Below are positions 26,242 through 38,593 of a stretch of 64,000 nt of DNA, piece after piece. The stretch is from NCBI GenBank assembly GCA_030390025.1, contig CM059433.1, positions 18,788,001 to 18,852,000 on the forward strand, in the 5' to 3' direction. Under the pieces are notes generated by a model. The model saw only the letters and a list, made by a program, of their open reading frames with translations. It searched no databases and was not told the origin of the DNA. Numbering within the stretch: the first letter of the stretch is position 1; every line of letters starts with the position of its first letter. The translations under genes and the position numbers were made by a program. This DNA is from Squalus acanthias (Eukaryota).

Positions 26242-27750
26242 TCACGTTCTGTATCGTGACATGAACCCGATATCGCGATTGAGGCCATCCTCATGAGTGC
26301 GGAACTTGGCTATCAGTTTCTGCTCTATGATTTTGCGCTGTCGTGTATCCCGAAGGCCGCCTTGGAGAACGCTTACCCGCAGATCCGAGGCTGAATGCCC
26401 CTGACTGCTGAAGTGTTCCCCGACTGGGAGGCAACCCTCCTGCCTGGCGATTGTTGCGCGGTGTCCGTTCATACGTTGTCTCAGTGTCTGCATGGTCTCG
26501 CCGATGTACCATGCTCTGGAGCATCCTTTACTGCAACGTATCAGGTAGACAACGTTGGCCGAGTCACATGAGTATGTACCGTGTACCTGGTGGGTAGTGT
26601 CCTCACGTGTGATGATGGCATCTGTGTCCATGATTTGGCATGTCTTGCAGAGGTTGCCGTGGCAGGGTTGTGTGGTGTCGTGGTTGCTGTTCTCCTGAAA
26701 GATGGGTAATCTGCTGCGAACGATGGTACTTTTGAGGTTAGGCGGCTGCTTGAAGGCGAGTAGTGGAGGCGTCGGGATGGCCTTAGCAAGGTGTTCGTCG
26801 TCATCGATGACATGTTGAAGGCTGCGAAGAACATGGCGTAGTTTTTCCGCTCCGGGGAAGTACTGGACGACGTAGGGTACTCTGTTGGTTGTGTCCCGTG
26901 TTCGTCTTCTGAGGAGGTCTATGCGGTTTTTCGCTGTGGCCCGTCGGAACTGTCGATCGACGAGTCGAGCGTCATATCCCGTTCTTACGAGGGCGTCTTT
27001 CAGTGTCCGTAGGTGTCCATCGCGTTCCTCCTCGTCTGAGCAGATCCTGTGTATTCGCAGGGCTTGTCCATAGGGGATGGCTTCTTTAACGTGGTTAGGG
27101 TGGAAGCTGGAGAAGTGGAGCATCGTGAGGTTGTCCGTGGGCTTGCGGTAGAGTGAAGTGCTGAGGCGTCCGTCTTTGATGGAGATTCGTGTGTCCAAGA
27201 ATGAAACCGATTCTGAGGAGTAGTCCATGGTGAGTTTGATGGTGGGATGGAACCTGTTGATGCTATCGTGTAGTCCTTTCAGTGATCCTTCGCCGTGGGT
27301 CCAAAGGAAGAAGATGTCGTCGATGTATCTGGTGTACAGCGTTGGTTGGAGGTCCTGTGCAGCGAAGAAGTCTTGCTCGAACTTGTGCATGAAGATGTTG
27401 GCGTATTGGGGTGCGAATTTGGTCCCCATGGCTGTTCCGTGTGTTTGGGTAAAAAAATGGTTGTCGAAGGTGAAGACATTGTGGTCAAGGATGAAGCGGA
27501 TGAGTTGTAGGATGGCGTCCGGAGATTGGCTGTTGTTGGTGTTGAGTACTGAGGCTGTCGCAGCGATGCCGTCATTGTGGGGGATATTGGTGTAGAGTGC
27601 CGATACGTCCATCGTGACGAGGAGTGTTCCTGGTTCAACTGGTCCATGGGTGCTGAGTTTCTGCAAGAAGTCTGTAGTGTCGCGACAGAAGCTGGGGGTT
27701 CCCTGTACGATGGGTTTCAGGATGCCCTCGACGTACCCAGAGCTCTCACA
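26242..27750 (-). CDS. Penelope RT + GIY-YIG endonuclease, about 500 open codons, N-terminally truncated
   Basis: LVTMDVSALYTNI, QTHGTAMG, RYIDDIF, FLD, YRKPT; CNxCKTC-like Cys motif; NVVYLIRC..WYIGET..RMNGHR..GLN. The frame stays open upstream of the ORF-track start to the truncation point. Confidence 0.95.
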   Translation of the reverse strand, partial: CESSGYVEGILKPIVQGTPSFCRDTTDFLQKLSTHGPVEPGTLLVTMDVSALYTNIPHNDGIAATASVLNTNNSQSPDAILQLIRFILDHNVFTFDNHFFTQTHGTAMGTKFAPQYANIFMHKFEQDFFAAQDLQPTLYTRYIDDIFFLWTHGEGSLKGLHDSINRFHPTIKLTMDYSSESVSFLDTRISIKDGRLSTSLYRKPTDNLTMLHFSSFHPNHVKEAIPYGQALRIHRICSDEEERDGHLRTLKDALVRTGYDARLVDRQFRRATAKNRIDLLRRRTRDTTNRVPYVVQYFPGAEKLRHVLRSLQHVIDDDEHLAKAIPTPPLLAFKQPPNLKSTIVRSRLPIFQENSNHDTTQPCHGNLCKTCQIMDTDAIITREDTTHQVHGTYSCDSANVVYLIRCSKGCSRAWYIGETMQTLRQRMNGHRATIARQEGCLPVGEHFSSQGHSASDLRVSVLQGGLRDTRQRKIIEQKLIAKFRTHEDGLNRDIGFMSRYRT

Positions 27751-27768
27751 GATTCTCTCACAGCTACC

Positions 27769-27807
27769 TTACCTGAAGAAGGAGCGAACAGCTCCGAAAG
27801 CTTGTAA
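27769..27807 (+). ncRNA. Minimal type-I hammerhead ribozyme motif
   Basis: Identical motif in the inverted pLTR. Confidence 0.75.
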
Positions 27808-28242
27808 AATTAAATAAATCTGTTGGACTATAACCTGGTGTTATGCGACTTCTGATTTTTGTCCACCCCAGTCCAACGCCGGCATCTCCACATCATGTTA
27901 TAAGTTGCTAGTGTATAGTGATCAAGATATTTAAAATATGTAATGTATAGATTTTGTTTAACTTGTGCACCTGGGACCAAACTGTTAGTTTTATTGAGGT
28001 TATGTTCCCTTCCATAAATTCTCTCTATTAGAGAGGGAAAGGCCAAAAGCCATTGTTAAACTGTTTAATATAACGCACTTGTTATAATTATATTCCATGC
28101 ATACATTTCCAGTAGAGTACTGAACATTTTTTATTTTCACCTGATGAATGTAAAGTTAGGAGCATTCAGGACAACTTCAGAATCCCAAAATTATTTTTAA
28201 ATTTTGAATCATTGCTAGTAATTAATAACATGCAATACACTT

Positions 28243-28960
28243 GGGCTAGAAATTCGGCTCCTTTGCAGCTGCTGTTAGCGTCTCCAGGGGGCGCTAATGG
28301 GGCACAAAGGGCTTATCGCCCGGGGGGAGGCGAAAAAGTGTTTCTCGAGAAATTCGGCGGGGCGTTGCTGAGGCACTACCCGATAGCGCCGTGCCCCCAC
28401 TGGTAGCGCCCCAGGCCGCTGCGCTGTCATCGCCGTGTGCCACGACCCCTTACCGCCTCGCGGCAGAAATTCAGCTGCACCCTTCGAGGCTGCCGCAGGC
28501 GATGTCAGCGCCAGCCTCGTGGGTCGTGAACCGGGCCGACCTCCGCTCGCGGGGCGGTATTTAAAGGGGAGGTGCAGCCGCGACCCGCGCCGCCATTGTC
28601 TTTTTTTGTCCGATCTCCAGGTCGCCCCTCCGTGGTGGGCCGTGGCGTGGTCCTGGCCTAGTGTGGGCCATCGGAGGGTCTGCAGAGTTCACAACTGCCC
28701 TCCCCTTTAACTGAAGGGGAGGGGACGTTGAAACGCGACAGCGCTCCACGGAACCATCCGCAGAGCGCTGCCGATCGTGCCCTGACATCGCCTCGGTTAC
28801 CGCCCCAACAGGAAGTGCAGCGCCCAAGATTGCGCTCCACTTCCTGTGCGGGGCGGTAAGCTGAATTTAGCGGCGGGGCGGTACTTCCGCGCCGAGCGCT
28901 AAATGTCTGGCCTTAACGTGGTTACCGCCCCCAAACGGGGCATAGCCGAATTTCGCGCCC
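28243..28960. mobile_element. GC-rich MITE (Harbinger-type termini)
   Basis: TIR gggctagaaattcggct / agccgaatttcgcgccc (15/17); flanks ctt/ttt; related truncated copy at 49117. Confidence 0.8.
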
Positions 28961-30244
28961 TTTGGATTTTAAGGCAGCTGGACAATGTGGAGACTTAAAC
29001 CATGAATTCATTTCACAACGTTAGTTTTGAAACTGGGCTTTGGAATATACACTTCCATTGAAAAATTAGTGTGTCATTTGGGTACTGGAATGATTATATC
29101 CTTCACTGTTTATGCAGCTACAGTATACCATAAATGAATAGGAGCTCATTTTCAACTTACCAGTGGAGTGTAAAACTGGCATTGGAGGTCAGGCACCCAT
29201 TATAGAAACCGTCCAATTTTCCTTACCCTGGAAAATGGGAGAGGATCAGAGGCACAACTGATGAGTGACTGGATTTTCTGCCCCACTCAAAACCATCCCC
29301 AAAAGCTCTCTTGGGGAAATTTGGCCCCAATATTGTTAACAATAACGTACATAGGCCTTTGCCCATGCTTGATGCATGGACAACATTTTAGATTTATTTT
29401 CATAACCCTAAGATACCTGATAGAAACAGATTTCTTGTCACTCTAGAAAGTATCAGACAACTGGTTTGCATAGAGCTCTAGGTCCCAAGTTTATCTAATC
29501 TAAACTGACAACCATTGAAAATCTTTAGTTAACTAAGACTGGGCACATTCAGTCTAATTGCCAGAGGTTTTCAGGTTTCAGTGATCCACGCACATGGACT
29601 GATTGCAACAGATGGTGCTTAACCTTATTTACAAGGAAATCTAATCACTCAAGAGACAGTTAAAACTAATGGATTGTGGATAATGCAGATAGATTCATTG
29701 CAGCTACCTCCTTTATCTGAGCTTTAAAAGAATGATATGACCTAAACACAATTGTCTCTGCTTTTCCTTTGAGTTATCACCCTACCTGTTAAACATGTAA
29801 CTTATTGAACACTTGGGGATAAATTTTCCGCTAGATTTATTCTGGGGGTAAATTTGTGGAAATTGACGGGTGTTTTGCTCATTAATGGGCAGAAAATCCC
29901 GAACAATGTACTGCAACTTTCTGATAAGTTGCCCGCTGAGCGTGAGGCTGAAATTTAGGCTGGGACCCAGTTATGACTAGCTCAAGCCTTCCCTAGCCTT
30001 CTCTGCATAGCTCGTTGGGTGGGGGGGAACCCCAAATAAGGTCATCGGCTCCGGGAGGGATGGGACTGGAGGTGTGGACTCCCTACATTGTGAGTTCATG
30101 TTTTTCCGGCCCTCAGAGGGACTCAGCATAGCTTTGATGCCATTGCCATTTAAATGAAGGGACCTCCCCTTTGACACTGCAAATTTTGGCAAGGTCAGCA
30201 GCGGAGGTCCCAGGTAGATACATCTCAGCACCTGTTGCTCTTGG

Positions 30245-30543
30245 TTACCTCCCCAAATGGCCGTTGTTAATGTGTGAACCTTGACACTGAGCGTTATTCA
30301 ATGGTGGAAGCAATCACAGTCGAACCTGTCCTCCTCTAATATCTCCAAACACACACTTCCAGTTCTAATGAAGGGTATTGCATGAAGCATTAACATTTTT
30401 CCTTTCTTTACAGATGCTGTGCCTGATTTGCCGAGTGTTTCCAGCACTTTCTGTTTTTGTTTCAGATTTCCAGCATATGTAGCATTTCAGTATTTCAGCG
30501 GGTATTGCTAGATAGCGATGAGCCGCAGAATCCCTAGCCAATT
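30245..30543 (-). mobile_element. Decayed tRNA-SINE with a nested family-2 Penelope-like fragment (about 30361-30482)
   Basis: Flanks resemble the reverse complement of the 38.1-38.4 kb SINE; insert has ccagcactttctgtttttgtttcagatttccagcat. Confidence 0.5.
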
Positions 30544-31766
30544 AGCACACACAGAAAACTTTTTTTTACATCTACCGTAGTTTGAACAGCCATCCATCTT
30601 TGCATTCCTGCTCTAAGCCACACATTCACTCACTATATAATTGAACACAAGTAATTCCCAGCTGTATTCCAGGAAATAATTCACAAAATACCTTAAAGGT
30701 TCACAAAATACCAATAGTACTTCCAATGCCAAAAGTCTACATGCTCGGCATTCTAAAGATCTCTCCAAGTAAACTCTTGTGATAGATTATGTTGTTCTCC
30801 AATCAGCTGTAATAGCAATATGAGATTCTCTCCACAATATCACTTATATACATATTAATTTACAAAACAAGGAGGTCAGAACTGAATTATGTACAATGCA
30901 CATGCTATATCTCATTAGTAGAAATTATGACATTTTTTCCCCCCCACCCGACTACAAAAGTACTTTTACAATATAAAATATTATTATGGTCCTGTGGACA
31001 TGTGGGTTAGAAAAACTAGCCATCTCAGTGAGGCATCAGATGCAAATGCCTGACAGGTTACAAAATCATAAATAAACTTTAATTGCAGAGTTAATTGAGA
31101 ACAGCCAATATAAGCCTGAAAAAACAGCCTAATGCCAAATGATTTTGTCTTTCCAGACAACATCATGGAGACCAGATGCCACTTAAGCTGGTAGAATTCC
31201 TTCATCGCACACAAGATATAAATATTAAATTTGGTTTGTTCTTTTTATTTATTTGATGGGACGTGGGAAGCACTGGCAGCATTTATTGCCCATTCCCAGT
31301 TGCACCAAGGGCATTAAAGAGTCAAGCCTGTAGTGTGGGACTGGAGTCATGTATAGGTCATACTGGGTAGGGCCGGCAAGGCATTAGTGAGCTAGTTGGG
31401 TTTTTATGAAAATCTAGCAAGTTTCATGGCCATTTTATTTTTGGTGCCAGCCCCGCTCCAAAAAAAAATCGCCCGTCAGAATTTTACTTCATCCCATTCG
31501 ACCTAGATTACGGCCACCCAGCCTCAGCCCGGCCAGTTACACGTCAATGTTGGCAGGTGGACACGGCCTCAGTCTCCCCAGTATTTTCCTTCATTACCGC
31601 CCCTTTCTCACCTCAAGGAAACGCTGCCACTATAAAGGTGGTGACGTTAGGAACAGGACAGTGTCCTGGAGGCATAAAAAAATGCACGGTGGAAGTCATT
31701 GCTGTGGACCTGCAGGTCTTTTTAAAGGCTGTAACAGACTGTGAATATCTAAGGCATTAAACTTAC

Positions 31767-31996
31767 TTGCCTCATTAGCTCGGCTGCATTTTTGTAGGTT
31801 CACTTTGATCAGAGCATCCCACCTTGCAAAAAGTGCGACGTGGAGAAAGTTAACGTTCATTTTGACCTCTTGTGGTAATGTAAAATAAGTGGTGTCAGTT
31901 TTTCTTTCTTCAGAAACAGGCCTAATAGAAATCTGCGTACTGTTGAAGCGGACAGATTCAAAAGACAAGGAGGCTTGGAACACAGATCTGTAATCA
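31767..31996 (-). CDS. Candidate exon B ((G)DYRSVFQASLSFESVRFNSTQISIRPVSEERKTDTTYFTLPQEVKMNVNFLHVALFARWDALIKVNLQKCSRANEA)
   Basis: Strong acceptor ttgtcttcttttcag, consensus donor CAA|GTAAGT, 230 nt open in phase 2->1, globular-protein composition. Confidence 0.75.
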
Positions 31997-32859
31997 CTGA
32001 AAAGAAGACAATATTAACATTATTTTAGCAGGTCAATACATTTGTTAATTTTTTTTTAAATCATGCGGAATGGGGAAGTTAACAATACAAAGTGATAAAA
32101 AGTGAGCTGCTTTTACTAATTGTTAATTGAGCTAATGCTGCAAATTTGCTATATTGCTCTTAACCAGAAATTTTAATTCTGCGAGTTATGATAGGGAGGG
32201 CTCAGCTTGACTGTGTCAGCCTTTTGCACTTGTCATTCCAGGGTTCATCTGTAAGCATCAGTAAAGTGATAGGATCGAGGAAAACGGTGCTGCAGAATTA
32301 TGATATATCCAAAAGATCATTTCATGGAGTATCACTTCACACTTGGCATCCCACCACTTTAACTTGGCAGAACAAGATATAACAGACTGTGTAACTAGTT
32401 CCAAGCTACCTATTCAAATTGTAAAATCAGAATTATTTGGAATCAATTCACACAAACGAACATGCTTAAGTTGTGGCAGATGTAATTAATCTGGTGTTTA
32501 CACAGTCTGATTCCGATCCACCTCCATATTGTGTTGCCCAGATTAAATTCAAATGAACAGTATCCAGGGCCAAGTTGTTGCTGATGCAACAATAAAGGCA
32601 CTAAACATGACCAGGCATATCAATCTTCGAGCCTGGCACTTAAACAAATGGAGGGTCTGCACCAGTCTACGGCTGTTGCAATTTTAATCCATCAGCTATG
32701 CTAAGAGTGATCTAGAAGAAACATAACCAGCCTAATTATAAACAAAACAGGAAAAGAGAGCATAGGAAAGAATAAAGTAAGGGAGGACATTGATGGCAAG
32801 GGAATAAATAGAGTTATAGCACAGGAGTCTAAAACGATGGTTAAACATAAAGTGAGAGG

Positions 32860-35800
32860 AAATCCTATTAAAAATGAGTTAAACTGTCTGTACAGCAATG
32901 CACACAGTGTCCGTAATTAAACAGGGGCGCTGGAGGCAATCATGCATTGCGAGGAACCAGACAGAGTAGGGATTACTGAGACATGGGGCTGGATTTTGCC
33001 AATGGGGAGCTTTTGGAGGCGGTACTCCCACTTGTTGGGTTTTAGTCCCGCCTCCATCGACTTCTGGCCAACCCACGCTATTTTCCCTTGATTGACCTTG
33101 TTAAGCCCGCCCAGTGGTCTTAGCAGGCCAATTAAAGGGAAGCCGGTTACTGACATTCTCTGTTGTTTGATGAGTTCTTGTATTCAAGACTCATCAAACC
33201 TCTTTCTTTAGCAGAAATTAGATGGTTGTTGCATTGGAGAATGCAGCAGCCATCTGTCATCTCTGCCGCGGAGATGCGAGACTCTCCGCATCCCCAACGA
33301 TTGAAGCCTGCAGGAAGAAACAAAGGTAAGTAAACTTTTTTTTAACACTTTCCACTTACCTCACATACTCACCTCTCCACACTTGCACCCATCACTTACC
33401 TTCATAGGGCACTTTTGCACCTCTCCGACCCCCGCAGACACAATGCTCGCCTCGGTGACCCTGGCGGGGTTCGCAGCCTTCGGGAAGCCAGCACTTGTGT
33501 GGGTAAAATGGGGATAATCCTCTTATCTGCCTGTTAACTACCTGTTAACAGGCAGTTAAGTGGCTGTAATCCCCTTTCTGCCTCCAGGAGACGGGACCCA
33601 GCGCGGGTTGGCTACCCACCTCCTGGGAAGATGGCACGGAGGCGGATTAGGGGCAGGATGGGCACCCGCCCCCAGATTCTGCCATTTTCCCGGCAGTCCC
33701 GTCTCCATACCTGCCTCCCCAGGGCTGGCAGGATCACGCCCATGGCTACAGAAAAATCAGGACTGGGAATTAAACATTGCCGGGTATAGCATATTAAGAA
33801 AAGATAGAGAGGGAAAAAGGGGAAGTGGTGTAGCTGTACTTATTAGGGATAACATAATGGCAGTAGAAAAAAGTGATGCAGCTATCAGCAAGACAAAAAT
33901 AGAATCCATGTGGCTAGAGATAAAAGATAATAAAGGATCAATCACACTAATAGGTGTAGTCTACAGACCACCTAATAGTGGAAGGGAGGTGGAGGAAGAA
34001 ATATGCAGACAAATTAGGGAAATGAGTAAAAAACATAGAATAATAATCATGGGGGATTTCAACTACCCCAATATTAATTGGATAGAAGAGGTAGGTAAAG
34101 GGGATAAGGGAATGGAGTTCCTACAATGTGTACAGGAATCCTTTCTAATCCAGGATGTAAAATGTCCAACAAGGGAGGATTCACCATTGGATCTAGTAAT
34201 GGGGAATGAGCCAGAGCAGATAAGAGAAGTAAAAGTAGGGGAACATCTAGGCAATAGTGACCATAATATAATAAGCTTTAAGATGATAATTGCGAAGGAC
34301 ATAAGTATGACAAAAACCAGGGTAATAGATTGGAGAAAAGCTGATTTTGAAGGGCTGAGAATAGAACTCGGGAAAATAAAATGAGCAACAATATTGGCAA
34401 ACAACGATGTAGAACAGCAGTGGGAAACATTCAAAACGGCGTTCAACAGACTGCAGGAACAATATATTCCGCTAAAAGGAAAGAACAAACTAAACACTAA
34501 TGAGATTCCATGGATGAATAAAGCCATAAGGGAACAATTGAGGGTGAGGAAAGAGGCATATATTAAGTACATAGACAGCAGGGGAGTGCATGATAAGGGA
34601 GAATATGAAGAGATTAGGAGAGAAGTCAAAAAAACAGTTAGGAAGGCAAAGAGGAACTATGAAATTAAATTATCAAGGAACATAAAACAAAATAGTAAAA
34701 TATTTTACAGGCACATCAATAAAAAAAGGGAAGGTTGGGATGGGAATAGGGCCATTAAGGGATAGACAGGATAATACCACAGGTAACGATAGAGAGATGG
34801 CAGAAATATTAAATACTTATTTTGCTTCAGTCACTACTTTTAGCGATTTGTGTATTTGTACTCCGAGATCCCTTTGTTCCTGTACCCCACCTAGACTCGC
34901 AGTAATAAGTGACCTCCCTATTCTTCCTACCAAAATGTATTACCTCACATTTATCTGTGTTGAACTTCATTTGTCAATTATATGCCCATTCTGCAATTTT
35001 ATTAATGTCCTCCTGTAATTTGTTGCAGTCCTCCTCAGTATTGACTATCCTCCCCAATTTGGTGTCATCCGCAAATTTAGAAATTGTGTTTTTGATTCCA
35101 AAGTCTAAATCGTTAATATAAATTGTGAACAACAGTGGTCTCAGCACTGATCCTTGTGGAACACCACTACCCACCTTCTGCCACTGTGAATAGCTACCTT
35201 TTACCCCTACTCTCTGCTCTCTGTCTTGAAGCCAGCTAGCTATCCATTCTGCTACTTGTCCCCTGACTCCGCATTCTCTGACCTTGTTCATCAGTCTATT
35301 ATGGGGTACCTTATCGAAGGACTTTGAAAATCTAGATAAATTACATCTACTGCATTACCATTGTCTACTCTCTTTGTTACCTCTTCAAAAAATTCAATGA
35401 GATTGGTCAAGCAAGACTTTCTCTTTTGAAATCCATGCTGACTATTCATTACTATGTTTTTGTTTCTAGACGGTCTTCTATTTTCTCCTTTAGTTGGGAT
35501 TCCATTATTTTTCCTACCACCGATGTTAAGCTGACTTGTCTATAATTCCCTGGACATGTTCTATCCCCCTTCTTGAATATAGATATTACATTACCATAAA
35601 AAAAGCAAACCAAGCACTAGGGTTTATTTCTAGAGGTATAGAATTGAAAAGTAGGGAACTTATGCTAAACCTGTATCGAACCTTGGTTAGACCACACTTA
35701 GAGTACTGCGTACAGTTCTGGTCACCATATTATAAAAAGGATATAGAGGCACTGGAGAGGGTGCAGAGAAGATTTACAAGGATGATACCAGAATTGCGAG

Positions 35801-36250
35801 GGTATACATATCAGGAAAGGATGAATAGGCTGGGTCTCTTTTCTCTTGAAAAAAGAAGGCTGAGGGGTGACCTAATAGAGGTCTTTAAAATTATGAAAGG
35901 TTTTGATAGAGTGATACAGAGAGAATGTTTCCACTTGTGGGGAAGAGCATAACTAAAGGCCATCAATATAAGACAGTCACCAAGAAATCCAATAGGAATT
36001 CAGAAGAAACTTCTTTACCCAAAGAGTGATGAGAATGTGGAACTCGCTACTACAGGGAGTGGTTGAAGCGAATAGTATAGATGCATTTAAGGGGAGGCTA
36101 GATAAGCATATAAGGGAAAAGGGAATAGAGGATTATGCTGATAGATGAGGAAAGACGGGAGGAGGCTCGTGTGGAGCATAAACGCCGGCATGGACTGGTT
36201 GGGCCGAATGGCCTGTTTCTGTGCCATATATCCTATGTAATCCTATGTAT
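32860..36250 (+). mobile_element. CR1 ORF2 with MITE insertion and internal inversion (about 34832-35590)
   Basis: EN motifs GITETW/YRPP/GDFN/SDH on plus, RT core GVPQGSVL/FADD on minus, C-terminus LEYCVQFWSP on plus, tail cctatgtaatcctatgta. Confidence 0.92.
32986..33741. mobile_element. 756-bp MITE, 3-bp TSD ATG
   Basis: TIR GGGCTGGATTTTGCC / GGCAGGATCACGCCC (11/15); removing it restores the CR1 codons GAG ACA TGG CTA CAG (ETWLQ). Confidence 0.88.
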
Positions 36251-36706
36251 TTGTAATGTGCTCGGGAGCGGCTCAGGTGGGACAGGATTGGATCAGCAAA
36301 TCTTAGCTTTGGACTCATTTAAACTTCCTAGTTGGAATGAGGCGGGAAAAAAATGCTTGCATTTATATATGCTTTAATTTGTATCACTTTGCTCAGAAAC
36401 ATCGCAAAGCATTTCACATACAATGAATTATTAAAGTGCAGTGACTGCTACTATCTAGGCAATTACCTTTAGCAAAGAGATTTGGGAATCCAAGTGCACA
36501 ATTCATTTGAAGGCAGTAGACAGGTGCAAAAAGCAATCTAAAAGACTCTAGGAATGTTGGCCTTTATCTCAAGGGGGCACGAATATAAAGGGAAGGAAGT
36601 GATGCTTCCGTTGTATTGGGCCTTGCATACTCTCCACTGGCTCTCAATGTACAAGATTGAACTTCTGCTATTCAGCTTACATTTATACTCTCTGCGAGAA
36701 CACGCA

Positions 36707-37217
36707 GAGTGTTCTCGCTCAGGCCAACATCCCCAGCATCGAAGCTTTGACCACGCTCGATCAGCTCCGATGGACGGGTCACATCGTCCGCATGCCCGAT
36801 ACAAGACTCCCAAAACAAGCGCTCTACTCAGAGCTCTGACACGGCAAGAGAGCCCCAGGTGGGCAGAGGAAATGCTTCAAGGACACCCTCAAAGCCTCTT
36901 TGAAAAAGTGCAACATCCCCACCGACACCTGGGAATCCCTGGCCCAAGACCGCACAAAGTGGAGGAGAAGCATCCGGGAAGGCGCCGAACACCTCGAGTC
37001 TCTTCGCCGGGAGCAAGCAGAAGCCAAGCGCAAACAGCGGAAGGAGCGCACGTCAACCCAAGCACCCCACCCACCCACCCCTTCAGCCACTGTCTGCCCC
37101 ACCTGTGACAGAGACTGTAGGTCCCGCATTGGACTCATCAGTCCCCTGAGAACTCATTTTTAGTGTGGAAGCAAGTCATCCTCGGTTCCGAGGGACTGCC
37201 TAAGAAGAAGAAGAAGG
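36707..37217 (+). mobile_element. RTE-clade LINE 3' fragment
   Basis: LRWTGHIVRMPDTRLPKQALYSEL, GGQRK.FKDTLK, C-terminal CPTC..RIGLIS.LRTH zinc finger, (AAG)n tail. Confidence 0.92.
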
Positions 37218-37617
37218 ATACCCTCTGCATTTATACAATGGCCCAACTGCCAATCAGAAACCACCTAATTACCACCTTTTCTCACCAATGAATAACCCAG
37301 TACCACTGCAAACCAGCTCACAGTTAAGGCCTGAATTAAACAATTTTAAAACAGCTCCTAGTTTTGAAAGAGCTAGAACAAAATAAATTTAAATTCCAAA
37401 TACAGTAAAATATTTAAATACAAATTTCAATACTTCTGTCCCAATCATTCGCGCGGAGGATAAACGCAACACTCTTCTGGCCTCTTACACTCCACCGGCC
37501 TCTCACAGCTTGAGACTGAGCTCTCAGTATTCAGTCCAAAATTATACTGCCTGAACTTACATAATGCCCCAACTGCCACAGGAAACAAAAACTGCCAATC
37601 AGAGAATAGCTAAACAC

Positions 37618-37754
37618 CAAAGCGAATAACTGCGGATGCTGGAAATCTGAAATAAAAACAGAAAATGCTGGAAATACTCAGCTGGTCAGGCAGCATCTGT
37701 GGAGGGAGAAACAGGGTTAACGTTTCAGGTTGACGACCATTCGTCAGTTCTGAT
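37618..37754 (-). mobile_element. 137-bp family-2 Penelope-like insertion with hammerhead core
   Basis: TSD GAATAG(C/T)TAAACAC (37604-17, 37755-68); minus strand CTGACGA-A-TGGTCGTCAACCT-GAAA-CGTT-AAC. Confidence 0.75.
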
Positions 37755-37954
37755 GAATAGTTAAACACGGCTCTTTGGTAATCAATTATTTACTAATTAC
37801 CACCTCAAACCATCTCACAGTGATGGCACCAAATAAACAACTTTAAACAGCTCCTAGTTTTGAACAACTACAAAGACACAAATTTAACTTAAAATAAAAA
37901 TACCCAAGAGAACGGCGAGAGGGAACGGCAATGGATAGTAAAGATCCTCACAGC

Positions 37955-38460
37955 TCCCTCAATGGCTCAGTAAGTTTATCAGCTAAGCTCTACAGACAGG
38001 AAGGTTCTCGGTTCCAGAAGGTCCCAGATTCGATCCCCGTTCTGTGATCAGAATTACAATTGTGTTAGGATGCCATAGTTGGTCTCAGTACTTCTGGGTT
38101 CGGGGAAGAAAAATTGGTCAGGTGCCCCACACCTGATTGATCTTCAATGACTCCTGCTGGATTTGTGTGTCGAAATTGTGTGAGGACAGAATGAAGTTTT
38201 ATTGTGATGACCCCGATTGATTCGAATAGCCTTCTGATATTTGAGCGTGGAAATCATATGGATCCACTGCCAGCCCGGAGCGTTGCTAGACATGAGAGCA
38301 GGGTGCACGACCTGCACTGCATTGAAGCGCACAATTCCTGTCTTTCACTGTTGAGGCGTGTTCCACATCAATAATGGCCACTTGAAATAATCAACACTTG
38401 GCCAAGGAAATGAAGGGTGGCCATTGCCAGTGGAACTGTACCCTTCATCTGAGGAAGAGA
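37955..38460 (+). mobile_element. Old tRNA-derived SINE
   Basis: A-box-like tggctcagt and B-box-like gattcgatccc; related decayed copies elsewhere in the window. Confidence 0.6.
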
Positions 38461-38593
38461 TAAATATTGGCTAAGAATAAAAAAGATGCTATCAGATATT
38501 AAAAATGCCACATGTACAAAGGATCTCTTAGGCACTCAGATGCAGATGTGGAGGAACTTCTAGAGTTAGAGTAGGTCAGATGGAGTTGAGGTA

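Larger units (their letters stand above)
25936..27892 (-). mobile_element. Penelope-like retroelement, 5'-truncated, with inverted pseudo-LTR
   Basis: About 106-bp inverted repeats 25935-26040 / 27750-27855; TSD TCATGTTATAAGTT (25922-35, 27893-906). Confidence 0.95.

Noticed and set aside
37230..37900. Degenerate ~130-bp direct duplication (acagctcctagttttgaa)
   Set aside because: Real but old and unstructured; probably decayed repeat remnants with no supportable function.
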